Below the pieces are notes generated by a model that saw only the letters and a list, made by a program, of their open reading frames with translations, searched no databases and was not told where the DNA came from. From Nemertoderma westbladi (taxonomy: Eukaryota > Animalia > Xenacoelomorpha): 64,000 nucleotides of DNA. The position numbers and the translations under genes are program-made. Location of the stretch: the NCBI GenBank assembly GCA_032718475.1, contig JAUCBJ010006915.1, positions 62,001-126,000 on the forward strand, read 5' to 3'. Of this stretch, positions 39,365 through 50,754 are shown in pieces; positions within the stretch are counted from its first letter, which is position 1, and each line of letters opens with the position of its first letter.

Positions 39365-41947
39365 ATGCCAAGAGATGTGCCTCTTTTGCAACCAGGAGGC
39401 CCCCCAATCCCATATATGCAACAAAGAGAGCGAGAGCCATCATCAGCTCCCCTTATACAATCAGTAGAGCCTCCAGCTCCTTATATGCAACGAGGAGGGC
39501 TTCTAACTCCCCTTATGCAACCAACAGAGCCTCCAACTACCTATATACAACCAGCAGGGCTAACAACCCCATACATGCAACCAAGAGAGCGAGGGCCACC
39601 AGCTTCCCTTATACAACCAGGAGAGCCTCCAACTCCCCTCATGCAATCAGGATGGCTTCCAACTCCCCTTATACAACCAGCAGAGCATCCAACTACCTAT
39701 ATACAACCAGCAGAGCTACCAACCCCATATATGCAACCAAGAGAGCGAGGGCCACCAGCTTCCCTTATACAACCAGGAGAGCCTCCAACTCCCCTCATGC
39801 AATCAGGATGGCTTCCAACTCCCCTTATACAACCAGCAGAGCATCCAACTACCTATATACAACCAGCAGAGCTACCAACCCCATATATGCAACCAAGAGA
39901 GCGAGGGCCACCAGCTTCCCTTATACAACCAGGAGAGTCTCCAACTCCCCTCATGCAATCAGGATGGCTTCCAACTCCCCTTATACAACCAGCAGAGCAT
40001 CCAACTACCTATATACAACCAGCAGGGCTAACAACCCCATACATGCAACCAAGAGAGCGAGGGCCACCAGCAGACCTTATACAACCACGAGAGCCTCCAA
40101 CTCCCCTCATGCAATCAGGATGGCTTCCAACTCCCCTTATACAACCAGCAGAGCATCCAACTACCTATATACAACCAGCAGGGCTAACAACCCCATACAT
40201 GCAACCAAGAGAGCGAGGGCCACCAGCTTCCCTTATACAACCAGGAGAGCCTCCAACTCCCCTCATGCAATCAGGATGGCTTCCAACTCCCCTTATACAA
40301 CCAGCAGAGCATCCAACTACCTATATACAACCAGCAGAGCTACCAACCCCATATATGCAACCAAGTGAGCGAGAGCTACCAGGTCCCCTTATACAACTAG
40401 GAGCGCCTCCAGCTACCAATATGCAACCAGCAAGGTATCCAAATCCCCTAATGCAACCAGTCGGGCCCCCAACCCAATACATGCAACTAAGAGAGCGAGA
40501 GCCACCAGCTCCCGTTGTGCAACTGGGAGAGCGTCCAATTCCCTATATGCAACGAGGAGGGCTTCTAACTCCCCGAATGCAACCGGGAGTAGAACAGGGT
40601 CAACCCTTCTTGATGCCAATATACCGTAGCCCTATAAAACCGGGACTGCGTCAAGCCCCCACCCAAACACATACAAACGCTCTTATTACACAAACAGAAG
40701 GTCCGCCAAGGCAGTGGTGTCCACCACAGCGAGACATGTTGGAAGAGAACAAAACATACCATGGTCTGTGTGATTCTTTTAATGTTGCGGAACAATGTGG
40801 CTACATAAAACCGGATATCAGTAAGAAATTAGTATTTTTTTTACAGTCTAAAGTCCATATTGATGGATACAAGAAGATTCTGAAGGAGGGTGACGCTGTT
40901 ATATTTCAATGCGAAATTAAAAAAGATAGAAATGATAAAATTGCATATAGAGCAACATGGGTTAGTGTTCCAGGATGTAATTATTGCGGGTCAGATAGAT
41001 ATAAACTTCCAAACATAGAGGAGACCATAACTTATACCGGCCGTTGTCTATACTATAATTATGAAGATAAACATGGGTATATAGTTCCATTCGATAAAAA
41101 AAATAACATGGAACTTTGTCATTGCCACACAATATACTTTCGTGAATATAACATCCATGTTACTAAGAAACGCAGGCCTCGTTTCAATATTGACCACAAA
41201 AAGCTTCTATTCCAGTATAGTTATAAGGAAACATATGGCTATCGTTATGCCACATGTGTTACAATACAGGGTGATGATTCATGCGAGGTAGCTAAAAGTA
41301 TTAACCTTAACCAAGATGGAGAAAGCAAACGTTTGCAAACGGATAAGTATGATATGCTAGAGGATGGTAAAACATACAAAGGAGAAGTGCAATTAGTTTG
41401 GAAAGATAACAGTTATTGCTTTACTGTACCGATAATAAACGGATTGCCACTTTGCTGTTGTTATGTATTGTTTACGCTGCCATCGGACATCCATATTAAT
41501 GGACACCAAAATTATCTGAAAAATGATGACTTCGTTAGATTCCGGATCCACTCTTATTTACACACCAGACAAGAAGGAGCCTTAGTGGTTACCGTGGAGG
41601 GAGACTTTAAATGCAGGGCCGCACGGATGGTTAACAGGAACGCAACTTTTATTGAAGAAAACAAACCACACAATATCGAAGATGCCCATACCTTGCATGA
41701 GGAAAGAATATATATTGGTATATACAGTTATAAATTATTCAATCATGAAGCAGAATATTATGAATCTATAATTCCGATAATTGATGAGAAGGAACTCTGT
41801 GGATGTTACAGAATATTAGTTAGCCAAGAAATGATTGAAAAACTTAAGAATGAAATGAGAACGTTAGGAAGGAAAACCGTTCGATTTCGGTTCCGATTTG
41901 ACGAAATAAAAAAACAAAGGATAGCAACATGGGTGCGGGTAATTTAA
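39365..41947 (+). CDS. 860-aa protein: Pro/Gln-rich tandem repeat followed by four tandem cold-shock-like (LIN28-derived) domains
   Basis: Uninterrupted ORF. Domain 1 (GLCDSFNVA..GYI..VFFLQSKVHIDGY..LKEGDAVIF..VSVPGCNYCGSDR) aligns by eye with the LIN28 CSD. Three further ~85-aa repeats start TYTG, TYKG and IYIG. AATAAA at 42033. Confidence 0.85.
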   Translation: MPRDVPLLQPGGPPIPYMQQREREPSSAPLIQSVEPPAPYMQRGGLLTPLMQPTEPPTTYIQPAGLTTPYMQPRERGPPASLIQPGEPPTPLMQSGWLPTPLIQPAEHPTTYIQPAELPTPYMQPRERGPPASLIQPGEPPTPLMQSGWLPTPLIQPAEHPTTYIQPAELPTPYMQPRERGPPASLIQPGESPTPLMQSGWLPTPLIQPAEHPTTYIQPAGLTTPYMQPRERGPPADLIQPREPPTPLMQSGWLPTPLIQPAEHPTTYIQPAGLTTPYMQPRERGPPASLIQPGEPPTPLMQSGWLPTPLIQPAEHPTTYIQPAELPTPYMQPSERELPGPLIQLGAPPATNMQPARYPNPLMQPVGPPTQYMQLREREPPAPVVQLGERPIPYMQRGGLLTPRMQPGVEQGQPFLMPIYRSPIKPGLRQAPTQTHTNALITQTEGPPRQWCPPQRDMLEENKTYHGLCDSFNVAEQCGYIKPDISKKLVFFLQSKVHIDGYKKILKEGDAVIFQCEIKKDRNDKIAYRATWVSVPGCNYCGSDRYKLPNIEETITYTGRCLYYNYEDKHGYIVPFDKKNNMELCHCHTIYFREYNIHVTKKRRPRFNIDHKKLLFQYSYKETYGYRYATCVTIQGDDSCEVAKSINLNQDGESKRLQTDKYDMLEDGKTYKGEVQLVWKDNSYCFTVPIINGLPLCCCYVLFTLPSDIHINGHQNYLKNDDFVRFRIHSYLHTRQEGALVVTVEGDFKCRAARMVNRNATFIEENKPHNIEDAHTLHEERIYIGIYSYKLFNHEAEYYESIIPIIDEKELCGCYRILVSQEMIEKLKNEMRTLGRKTVRFRFRFDEIKKQRIATWVRVI
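39575..40354 (+). repeat. Five 156-bp (52-aa) coding tandem units built from 30/36-bp subunits
   Basis: atgcaaccaagagagcgagggcc recurs at 39575, 39731, 39887, 40043 and 40199. Confidence 0.95.
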
Positions 41948-42032
41948 ATTGAAAAGGACAGTCATGATAGTGCATATGAGTAATCTAAATTTTAATTTAG
42001 ATAAATTATTATTAAATACGATTTTGGCGACC

Positions 42033-42038
42033 AATAAA
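42033..42038 (+). promoter_or_regulatory. Candidate polyadenylation signal for the 860-aa gene
   Basis: AATAAA 86 bp after the stop codon, in an AT-rich background. Confidence 0.35.
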
Positions 42039-42284
42039 ATATTGTTACTAGTTAGTCTGTTACCAGTTAATGCCTCCATATCTTATTCTCATGAGTAGAC
42101 CTACTGAAGTAAGTAAGACAGTGAATAACAACTATTTGTTCAGTATATACAATTCAATGCTATATTTTACACAAGTTACTGAGCTCCCGTAAGCTGGTTG
42201 GTATAACGGGTATGTTTGTACTGGGAGGATATCAGATTAGCAAAATATTGTTGAATTGAGTCTGTTCTATTACCAGTTGTTATA

Positions 42285-43003
42285 TATGGGTTGCCGTTGA
42301 TGTAAAAAGATAAGAAAAAATATTGGAGAGAAAAATAAATATTTGTAAGAAAAAAAATATATTTGTGAGAAGAAAATTAATATTTGCGAGAAGAAAATTA
42401 ACAATTGTGAGAAAAAGTATAAATTGGTGAGAATAAATAAATATTGTTGATACAATAATATATTAGTGAGAAAAAATATCTATGTTGCTGAAATTTCTTT
42501 AAAATTATGTTGGCAAGAAACTATATGTATTGGTGGAAAACTTTGCGAAAATATATTTTGCACAGAAAATATATATTGGTGAACTTGGTCTGATGTTTTC
42601 ATGCATACAGTAGAGACATCAAAATTGATACCGGTACAAGCTAAATTTCAGTAGGCCTACGACAGTATAAGCAGTAGGACTACAGTACCAGTAACAGTAA
42701 TACAGTACGGTACGTTGTGCAAAATGAGCTAATGCCAAACGTTTCACGAACCAAGTTCACCAATATATATTGTTATAACCAAAATATCTTCTCATAAGTT
42801 CACCAATATAAATTTAACTGACCTAAATATTTTTTCATAAATTAGACCAATATATATTTGTCTCTTTCAAACCAATATATTTTTTTAAGATAGTATTTTT
42901 TCGTATATATATTTTTCTCTCCAACATGTATTTTTTCTCACTAATATAAATTTTCTCTGAATTATCTCTAAATTTTCTCTTTTTGCATTAACGGCGCCCC
43001 ATA
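42285..43003. mobile_element. Non-autonomous IS3EU-like element
   Basis: TATGGG...CCCATA imperfect TIRs and a 6-bp TSD GTTATA (42279-84, 43004-09). Confidence 0.75.
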
Positions 43004-43920
43004 GTTATAAGTCAATATAATTAATTATTACATGGGAAAAAAGTATAACTTTTTGTTCTCTATACTCGAGGAATTTTATTGACCAAGCGTCAGCGAGGTT
43101 AACGCAGTTTGGAATTTGAAATTTTATTACTTTTCCTAAAAATATATTGTCTTTCTAATAGTGAAAACGGTTTTTAAACATATTGAGAAGTTTAGGTTTC
43201 GAGTTATAGCACCATTGTTTAACCTTCTTTTGGCACTTTTTTGCGATGATTTTTGATTTACACGGTTTTTTGGTGTTCGCAATTAGATGAATTCATATAA
43301 ATGAGCTAGAAATTTCAAACTTGTTTTTAGCGGCGAGTGCCAAATTTTGGTGCTTGCACCAATTTTTGAAATATGTCAATTTTGTAAATTGATTCAGGTT
43401 ACAATGGCACGTTATTTTAACCAAAACAATAAACTAAACACAATAGAACGGGTACCAGTTATATCTTTGAGTGTTATTTGCATCCAATTTCCCCTGTAGA
43501 GGGATGAATTTTTATTGCGTCCAGTTCCCCCCCCCCCCCCCCCCCCCCATCTGAAATGGATGTACAGATGTACTGTCGAAATAGGTACGAACTAAAATAC
43601 TGACCCAGCTGAAACCACCTGAAACCAGCAGTAAAACACCTGTGAAAACCAATAATATTTAGTTTCTAGTGGAACTTAGATCTCGGCTGGGAACCAGGGG
43701 TGCTACCTTAGATCCTAGACCCTTAGATCCTGGGCTCTATCTAGTTATAAGACTTAGGATCTTAGACACGGTCTTGGATCCTTGGTTTGATATTACGGAT
43801 TCGACCTTAGATCCTAGATGCGAACTTAAATCCTGGGTGTAACCTAGTGGTGTGACTATAGATCCATGATGCGAATATGCTATATCTCTGTAACAAGAAG
43901 TAGCCTACAATTTTTAAATA

Positions 43921-44552
43921 CAGGGTGTTCCACAAAATTTGACACGTTTTTGTTTTTTAAAAACTTTGCGCAATATCAACCGAATTTCCTAGTTTTTGTG
44001 GCAATTTGAAGCCAAAAGATTAACTTAAACTTTGGTTTGGGTATGGAATATTGCAAGATGGCGCACCACCCCACCGGGGCTTATTGGAGAGTTTCTAAAC
44101 GAAAACTTTGGGGACGATGAATCGGATTACTTCGCTAATTGCTTCAAGGAGATGCGCAGCAGACAGGATCACGTCCAGCATATTGGAGGAGGACATATTG
44201 AAGTGTATTAGTAGTAAATTATTATAATTAAATAAATTAAATTAGTATGAAGTAGTAGTAAACTCATTATAAACTTACCCAATCTTAAACTATTTTAGCC
44301 CACTACCTATATCATATATGTTTCATTATTTCACTAATATGAGCCTTTATATTTACAGTAAAATTAAGTGGATAATCAAACTCTTGTTTTATATAGCAAC
44401 TAAGTTTCCATAGCAACTAAAACATGCCATACCCAAACCAAAGTTAAAGTTTATCTTTTGGCTTCCGATTGCCACCAAAACTAGAAAATTAGGTTAAGAT
44501 TGCGCAAAGTTATTAAAAAACAAAAACGTGTCAAATTTTGTGGAACACCCTG
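43921..44552 (+). mobile_element. Tc1/mariner deletion derivative (MITE)
   Basis: TA TSD and ~130-bp TIRs starting CAGGGTGTTCCACAAAATTTGACACG. An internal remnant encodes ...HIGGGHIE (~44180-44202), typical of a mariner-type transposase C-terminus. Confidence 0.92.
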
Positions 44553-44809
44553 TATATCAAAAATTCAACAATATATTAAGGTAACTGATGTAAACAACTA
44601 AAATTCCACTCACTGCTAGGAGGTTTAATAAACGATTTAATTTAAAAAGCGACGATTTTTAACATTACAAAATTGGAATTGCTTATTGATTTTAGGAGTA
44701 ATGTTAGGTATTTAAATTCGTTTTAATTTAAAAACAACAACAATTCATAATAGAATTATTTTTTGGGAACAAGGGTTTTTGAGGTAGTCATATCTGACTT
44801 TTGACAAGA

Positions 44810-45878
44810 GTATTGCCCACCCCTACCTTAGGGTTGCAGATAAAAGTAGCGACCACGCCTACCTTCGGGTAGCAGATAAGAGTAGCGCCCAGCCCTACCT
44901 TCGCGTTGCTGATAAGAGTAGCGCCCACCCCTACCGTCGGGTTGCTGATAGGAGTAGCGCCCACCCCTATCTTCGGGTTGCAGATAAGTGTAGCGCCCAC
45001 CCCTACCTTCAGGTAGTAGATAGGAGTAGCGCCCAACCCTACCCTCGGGTGGCAGATAGGAGTAGCGCCCACCCCTATCTTCGGGTTGCAGATAAGTGTA
45101 GCGCCCACCCCTACCATCAGGTAGCAGATAGGAGTAGAGCCCAACCCTACCCTCGGGTTGCAGATAGGAGTAGCGCCCACCCCTATCTTCGGGTTGTAGA
45201 TAAGTGTAGCGCCCACCCCTACCTTCAGGTAGCAGATAGGAGTAGCGCCCAACCCTACCCTCGGGTTGCAGATAGGAGTAGCGCCCACCCCAACCTTCGA
45301 GTAGCAGATAGGAGTAGCGCCCACCCCTACCTTTGGGTAGTAGATAGGAGTAGCGCCCAACCCTACCCTCGGGTGGCAGATAGGAGTAGCGCCCACCCCT
45401 ATCTTCGGGTTGCAGATAAGTGTAGCGCCCACCCCTACCATCAGGTAGCAGATAGGAGTAGAGCCCAAACCTACCCTCGGGTTGCAGATAGGAGTAGCGC
45501 CCACCCCATCTTCGGGTTGTAGATAAGTGTAGCGCCCACCCCTACCTTCAGGTAGCAGATAGGAGTAGCGCCCAACCCTACCCTCGGGTTGCAGATAGGA
45601 GTAGCGCCCAACCCTACCCTCGGGTGGCAGATAGGAGTAGCACCCACCCCTACCTTCGGGTTGCAGATAAGTGTAGCGCCCACCCCTACCTTCGGGTAGC
45701 AGATATGAGTAGCGCCCACCCCTACCCTCGGGTTGCAGATAGGAGTAGCGCCCACCCCTACCCTCGGGTTGCAGATAGGAGTAGCGCCCACCCCTACCCT
45801 CGGGTTGCAGATAGAAGTAGCGCCCACCCCTACCCTCGGGTTGCAGATAGGAGTAGCGCCCACCCCTACCTTTGGGTT
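44810..45878. repeat. 36-bp minisatellite, about 29 copies
   Basis: Unit gcagataggagtagcgcccacccctaccctcgggtt, head-to-tail with no spacers. Confidence 0.95.
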
Positions 45879-46158
45879 GTCTGTGGCTTTGGCCAACTGT
45901 TCTTGAATGAGGTGTTCTTATTTCCATGTGTGCTACATATGATGTTTGTGCAGCATAAGATGTGCGAAAAAAGTGACTGAAATCTGAATCAGCAGTCGAT
46001 CGGGCAGAAAGCTGAACAATATAGAATCACACCAGCTATTCGATAAAGGTTCGGCCACAATGTGTTATAGGGTATATACAAGATGAACGAACGTTAGAGT
46101 TTTGCACTTGGTCAATGAAGCCGTTTTGCGTGTTTCTATGGTGTTTATATATTTTGGA

Positions 46159-47690
46159 CTACTACTACTACTAGGATCGGCATGCTGCATTGCAGCTGCA
46201 TTATTAAGAATGCTGTGCCGGCTTGTCAACAAAATTGCACCGCCACAACTCCCTATCACCCATGACATTTGCTAGATCATCCGCATCTTCAAGGCCAGTG
46301 TCCTTTAAGATGCGTCTCAAGAAAGTCATGGGCTGTCCACCATGCTTATTCACTCCATGAGGCTGCCAAAGTACAAGATTATGCACTGGCTGGTCCTCAC
46401 GGCGAAAGCAATGTCCTGCAAAGCGGAGGCGATTTTGTTCTAGTGTCAAGCTTGGGGGAACCAATGAGACACCTCCAATGTTATATAGTGTCTGGTTGGA
46501 GATGTGTGCATTGTACTTGACACAATGAACCCGGCGTAGCATTCTTGTGAATGTGCCATCCAGAGATTTGGTGTCCTCAGCAGTTAGAGCACAGCATGGA
46601 CTCCCGTAGAGGAGTACTGGAACTACTGCTGCTCTAAATAATCGGACCTTAAGTTTCCGATTAATTCTCGGTGACTTCCAAATCCTGGAAAGCCTATTCA
46701 AGGCTGCCCATGCCTTTCCCTTACGTATTCGAAGGTCCTCACCTGACTTCCGGATCCATGATCCCAGGTAACAGAAGTCGTCCACAAGCTCAAGCATACC
46801 ATCCTTTGAGCTTATGCTCATCCGATCAGAGACTTGCTGAGGACTTTCAAAGTTAACTGTCAGAATTTTGGTCTTTCCGGAGTTAATAAAAAGACCAACA
46901 CTAGAAGCAGCATGTTCTAATGAGCTGAGGAGCCATTGGGCTCCCTCTAATGATTCTGAGAGTACTCCTAAGTCATCAGCAAAGTCTAGATCAGTTAGGT
47001 ACTTGGCAGGATTTCCTCGACTTCTGGAGCCAGTAGGTGGAGTTATCATCACCCCATCATCATTATGATGATCTAAGGACATGCGTAGAACATAGTCAAC
47101 CACAATAATGAACAAGAATGGTGCAAGTGTGTCTCCTTGGAGGACGCCCCATAACACTTCAAATGGTTCTGTGTCACCGTCAACAGTCGACACAAATGTT
47201 GTCGAACCATCGTATACTGATCTGATTGCAGCAATAATTTCATCAGGAATCCCATATAATGAAAGTATGCTGAACATACGTGAGCGAGAGACTGAATCAG
47301 AGGCCTTGAAGAAGTCAACAAAGATAACAGCCAGATGCCTGTCTTTCTTTTTTGATAATTCTTCAATTATCCTTCTAAGTGCCAAAATGGGCTCCATGGT
47401 CCCACGACCTTTACGGAACCCATTCTGATTTCCACGGAGCAGTCTCTCAATGGGATCCCTGATGCGATTTAATAGAATCCTATTGTATAGCTTTGCAGCA
47501 ATCGAGATCAATGAGATTCTCCGAAAAGAACCATAGAGTGTTAGGTTGCCCTTCTTGGGAACTGGCACCAACTTATTTGTTTTCATTTCTTGCGGGACTC
47601 TTGTTGTTCGGTACATGTCTACTATGGTGGGATAGATGAGCTGTAAACACTCAGGTATTTTAAAGACCTCAGGGGGAAAACCTCAGGGGA
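46159..47690 (-). mobile_element. 5'-truncated RTE LINE copy 2 with (TAG)n tail
   Basis: ORF 46204-47616 with PVPKKG, QNGFR, FVDFFKASDS, GVLQGD and DFADD. TAG-repeat tail at 46158-46173. Flanked by direct repeats 45798-46158 and 47691-48032. Confidence 0.93.
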
Positions 47691-48897
47691 CCTCGGGTTG
47701 CAGATAGGATTAGCGCCCACCCCTACCCTCGGGTTGCAGATAGGAGTAGCGCCCACCCCTACCTTTGGGTTGCCTGTGGCTTTGGCCAACTGTTCTTGAA
47801 TGAGGTGTTCTTATTTCCATGTGTGCTACATATGATGTTTGTGCAGCATAAGATGTGCGAAAAAAGTGACTGAAATCTGAATCAGCAGTCGATCGGGCAG
47901 AAAGCTGAACAATATAGAATCACACCAGACACAATGTGTTATAGGGTATATACAAGATGAACGAACGTTAGAGTTTTGCACTTGGTCAATGAAGCCGTTT
48001 TGCGTGTTTCTATGGTGTTTATATATTTTGGAAAAAAAACACACTTCCTTAATTTTCAAGCATAAGTCAATTTTCCCAATGCATTATACTTATATTAAAG
48101 GTACATCGAACGGAAAATTTAGAAAAATGTAGCCGCGTGCTTTTTGTAACTTCATTTAATCATATAGTGATTGTAAATGGAAAATACCACCCCCCCCCCC
48201 CACCCCTCAATTCGATTAGCCACATCCTGTGAACAGAATACAGTGAATGGAATATGAGTCAAACATAAGTGGTTTTAAATAGCGGCATGTTGAATATTAT
48301 ATGATAATGATAATACTATTGTGTATCTGTTAATTTAATTATTGCCTAAACCTAAATCTATAAATACAAAGACTAATTAATTATGTTGTGAACATGTGGA
48401 TGCTGTGTACAAATTCGCAATAAACTCAAAAAATAATATTTTATTTATTTGTATGGAATTAATTTCTCACTACCAAATCGCCAGGGCGACATATTTTACA
48501 ACTTTATATCGCAGTGCGAAATAAAAATCTCCAGACATTTTTTGAACTTAAATTAAGAGTTCAGACACACTGCTATGTATGCCTAGTATGTCACCGAGTC
48601 ATTCTAAATATAATCCCATGACGTCATTCGATTACATTCTACAACTAATTATTCACAATAAATTGAAGGGCTGAGCATAAAAAGGTCCTATGTGACATTT
48701 TCATAGAATCAGAGTTATACTCATGCAGAGGTCCTATGAGACCTAACTTAACTTACCAATAAGGTTCTGAGATCATATGAACAATACTGTGCCCATGTCA
48801 AGAATACCAGGATTTTACTTTTCGGTCGACTTTTTATTGGAATTTTATATATGAAGATTTTTTATTTTTTTTAATTTATCTTTATTAAGTGTTTTAT

Positions 48898-49038
48898 AGC
48901 GGTGGGGGGTATTACAACTTGTCTAATGTGACATAGGGGGGGGGGGGGGGGGGGGTCGAGCTTGTGTGACACTTTGTGACAGAGGGAGGTGTCAAAAATA
49001 GGAAAAATTTGCGTGACATACTTTATGAACGCCCCCTT
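48898..49038. mobile_element. Partial Harbinger-like MITE (same family as 57954-58169)
   Basis: Shares the tgcgtgacata(t)ctttatgaacgccccc terminus. Confidence 0.7.
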
Positions 49039-50754
49039 ATGTACTGATACTGCCTGCAGGGGGGGAAACTGGACACAATAAAAATTCATCCCTCTCCTGG
49101 GGAAATTCGACGCAAATAACAGCTGATTATTCTCAAAAATAAAACTGTAACCTGTTCTATTGTGTTTAGTTTATTGATTTGGTTAAAATAACGTGCCACT
49201 GTAACCTGATCCTTTCCCTAAATTGAGAATTTAACATTGAGGCGGGATATTAATTCGCCAAGGCGGGTTTTGCGTCCAGTCCTGTCTCACTGCCTGATAT
49301 ATGCGAAACAATTTTGAAGTTTTTGAAAAAAAAAATTTTTAAGTAAAGATTTTGAAGTAAAGATTTATGTACTTAAATGCAAAAATACAGAATGCAAACA
49401 TCAACTGTAATGTGTAGGTAAAAAAAACTCAAAAGTGTGATTATTTCAGAATAACACTTTTGTCCCATACTCCCATATGACCTTTTTATGCGCAGCCCTT
49501 CAATTGTAAGACTCTAAAATGGACTCGGTGAAAATCGAAGAAACGACCATAACATTTATAACCCAACGTGTTATCCATTACGCTAATATGTACGAGATGA
49601 AAGTGTTCATAATTAACATGTGATGCTTCCATGTTACAAGGATGTTCTAGAATATGTAAATATGCATTATTACAAATAATTCCACACAAATAAATAAAAT
49701 AAGATTTGTTTCGTTGATAATTAGCACTTTAAATTTTTAGACTGGTGCCGTAACGCTATAAAGTGATATTTTATAAACAATTACGTATATATATAGATAG
49801 ATATAACATGATACTAACAAGTAACATAAAAAAATGTATTTATACAATATCTATTCCACCAATTAACTTGAAAATTATGTGAACAAAAACATAAAGAGTG
49901 CGGTATATATATTACAAACATTATAAAGTACCGGTACCTTATTAAATCCATTTTCAATAGCGTCCATTTCAACACAATGTAGTTGTATGTGATTTCAGAA
50001 GAACGTGATATATACCGGTACACAATTACACATACAATAATACATTACTGGATTAATTACCGGTAATGATAAATGGTTAAACTTAAAACATATATATTAA
50101 CCTAATATATAAACGTGAATCCATAAAAACTATGACAATTAAAGTAATCACACCGTTAATAAAGATTAAGTAGTAGATACTTGAGGGAGCTGAAAAGAGA
50201 CAGTAGACAGTTAGATGGCTATGGTGGAAACGTAAGTACCGGTACTAATATTGTAGTTCACAAATCCTTGATGTAGGTGATATAGCAGATATGTGGTATA
50301 ACAGATGAGAAATAATTCAGATCCGTATTTCGATAATATACAAAAATTGAATGATTACGGAAATCAAATAAAAACAAAATATTACATAAATGCAATAGTA
50401 CCATGATCAATATGGCGGGGTAGGGACTGATAGGCGTCCTAAACACTGTGTTTACGAGGTCTTGGGGTGCAGACTGCTATATAAATAGTGATCAGATCAT
50501 AAGCCAAACGAAAGTAACGATCATTAAGTCTGTCTCAAAAATAAAACTACTGTAAATCATAAATAAAATCGACAACACCTTTGACCTGTGACATTAAAAA
50601 TTTATAATATACCGCTATACGGTGTGTGCAACACTATTATATAGTAATTATTCATAACCTATACACTTAAAATACATAAAATTTATCAACATCAATGGGA
50701 ACTGGCTTATTAAATAATTGAGCAGAATTGATGCGTCCCACATATATTACTGAA

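Noticed and set aside
39652-40368. 238-aa alternative-frame ORF
   Set aside because: It is confined to the 156-bp repeat and is a shadow of the main 860-aa frame.
39365-41947. Assigning the symbol lin-28 or csde1
   Set aside because: There are no CCHC knuckles, the RNP motifs are altered and the architecture differs; orthology cannot be claimed without a phylogeny.
44810-45878. 36-bp repeats resembling a CRISPR array
   Set aside because: Units are contiguous with no unique spacers, there are no cas genes and the context is eukaryotic; this is a minisatellite.
44788-45980. Long ORFs (379, 157, 141 and 118 aa) over the 36-bp array
   Set aside because: They are open on both strands because the unit is a multiple of 3, they switch repeat frame midway and have no non-repeat domain.
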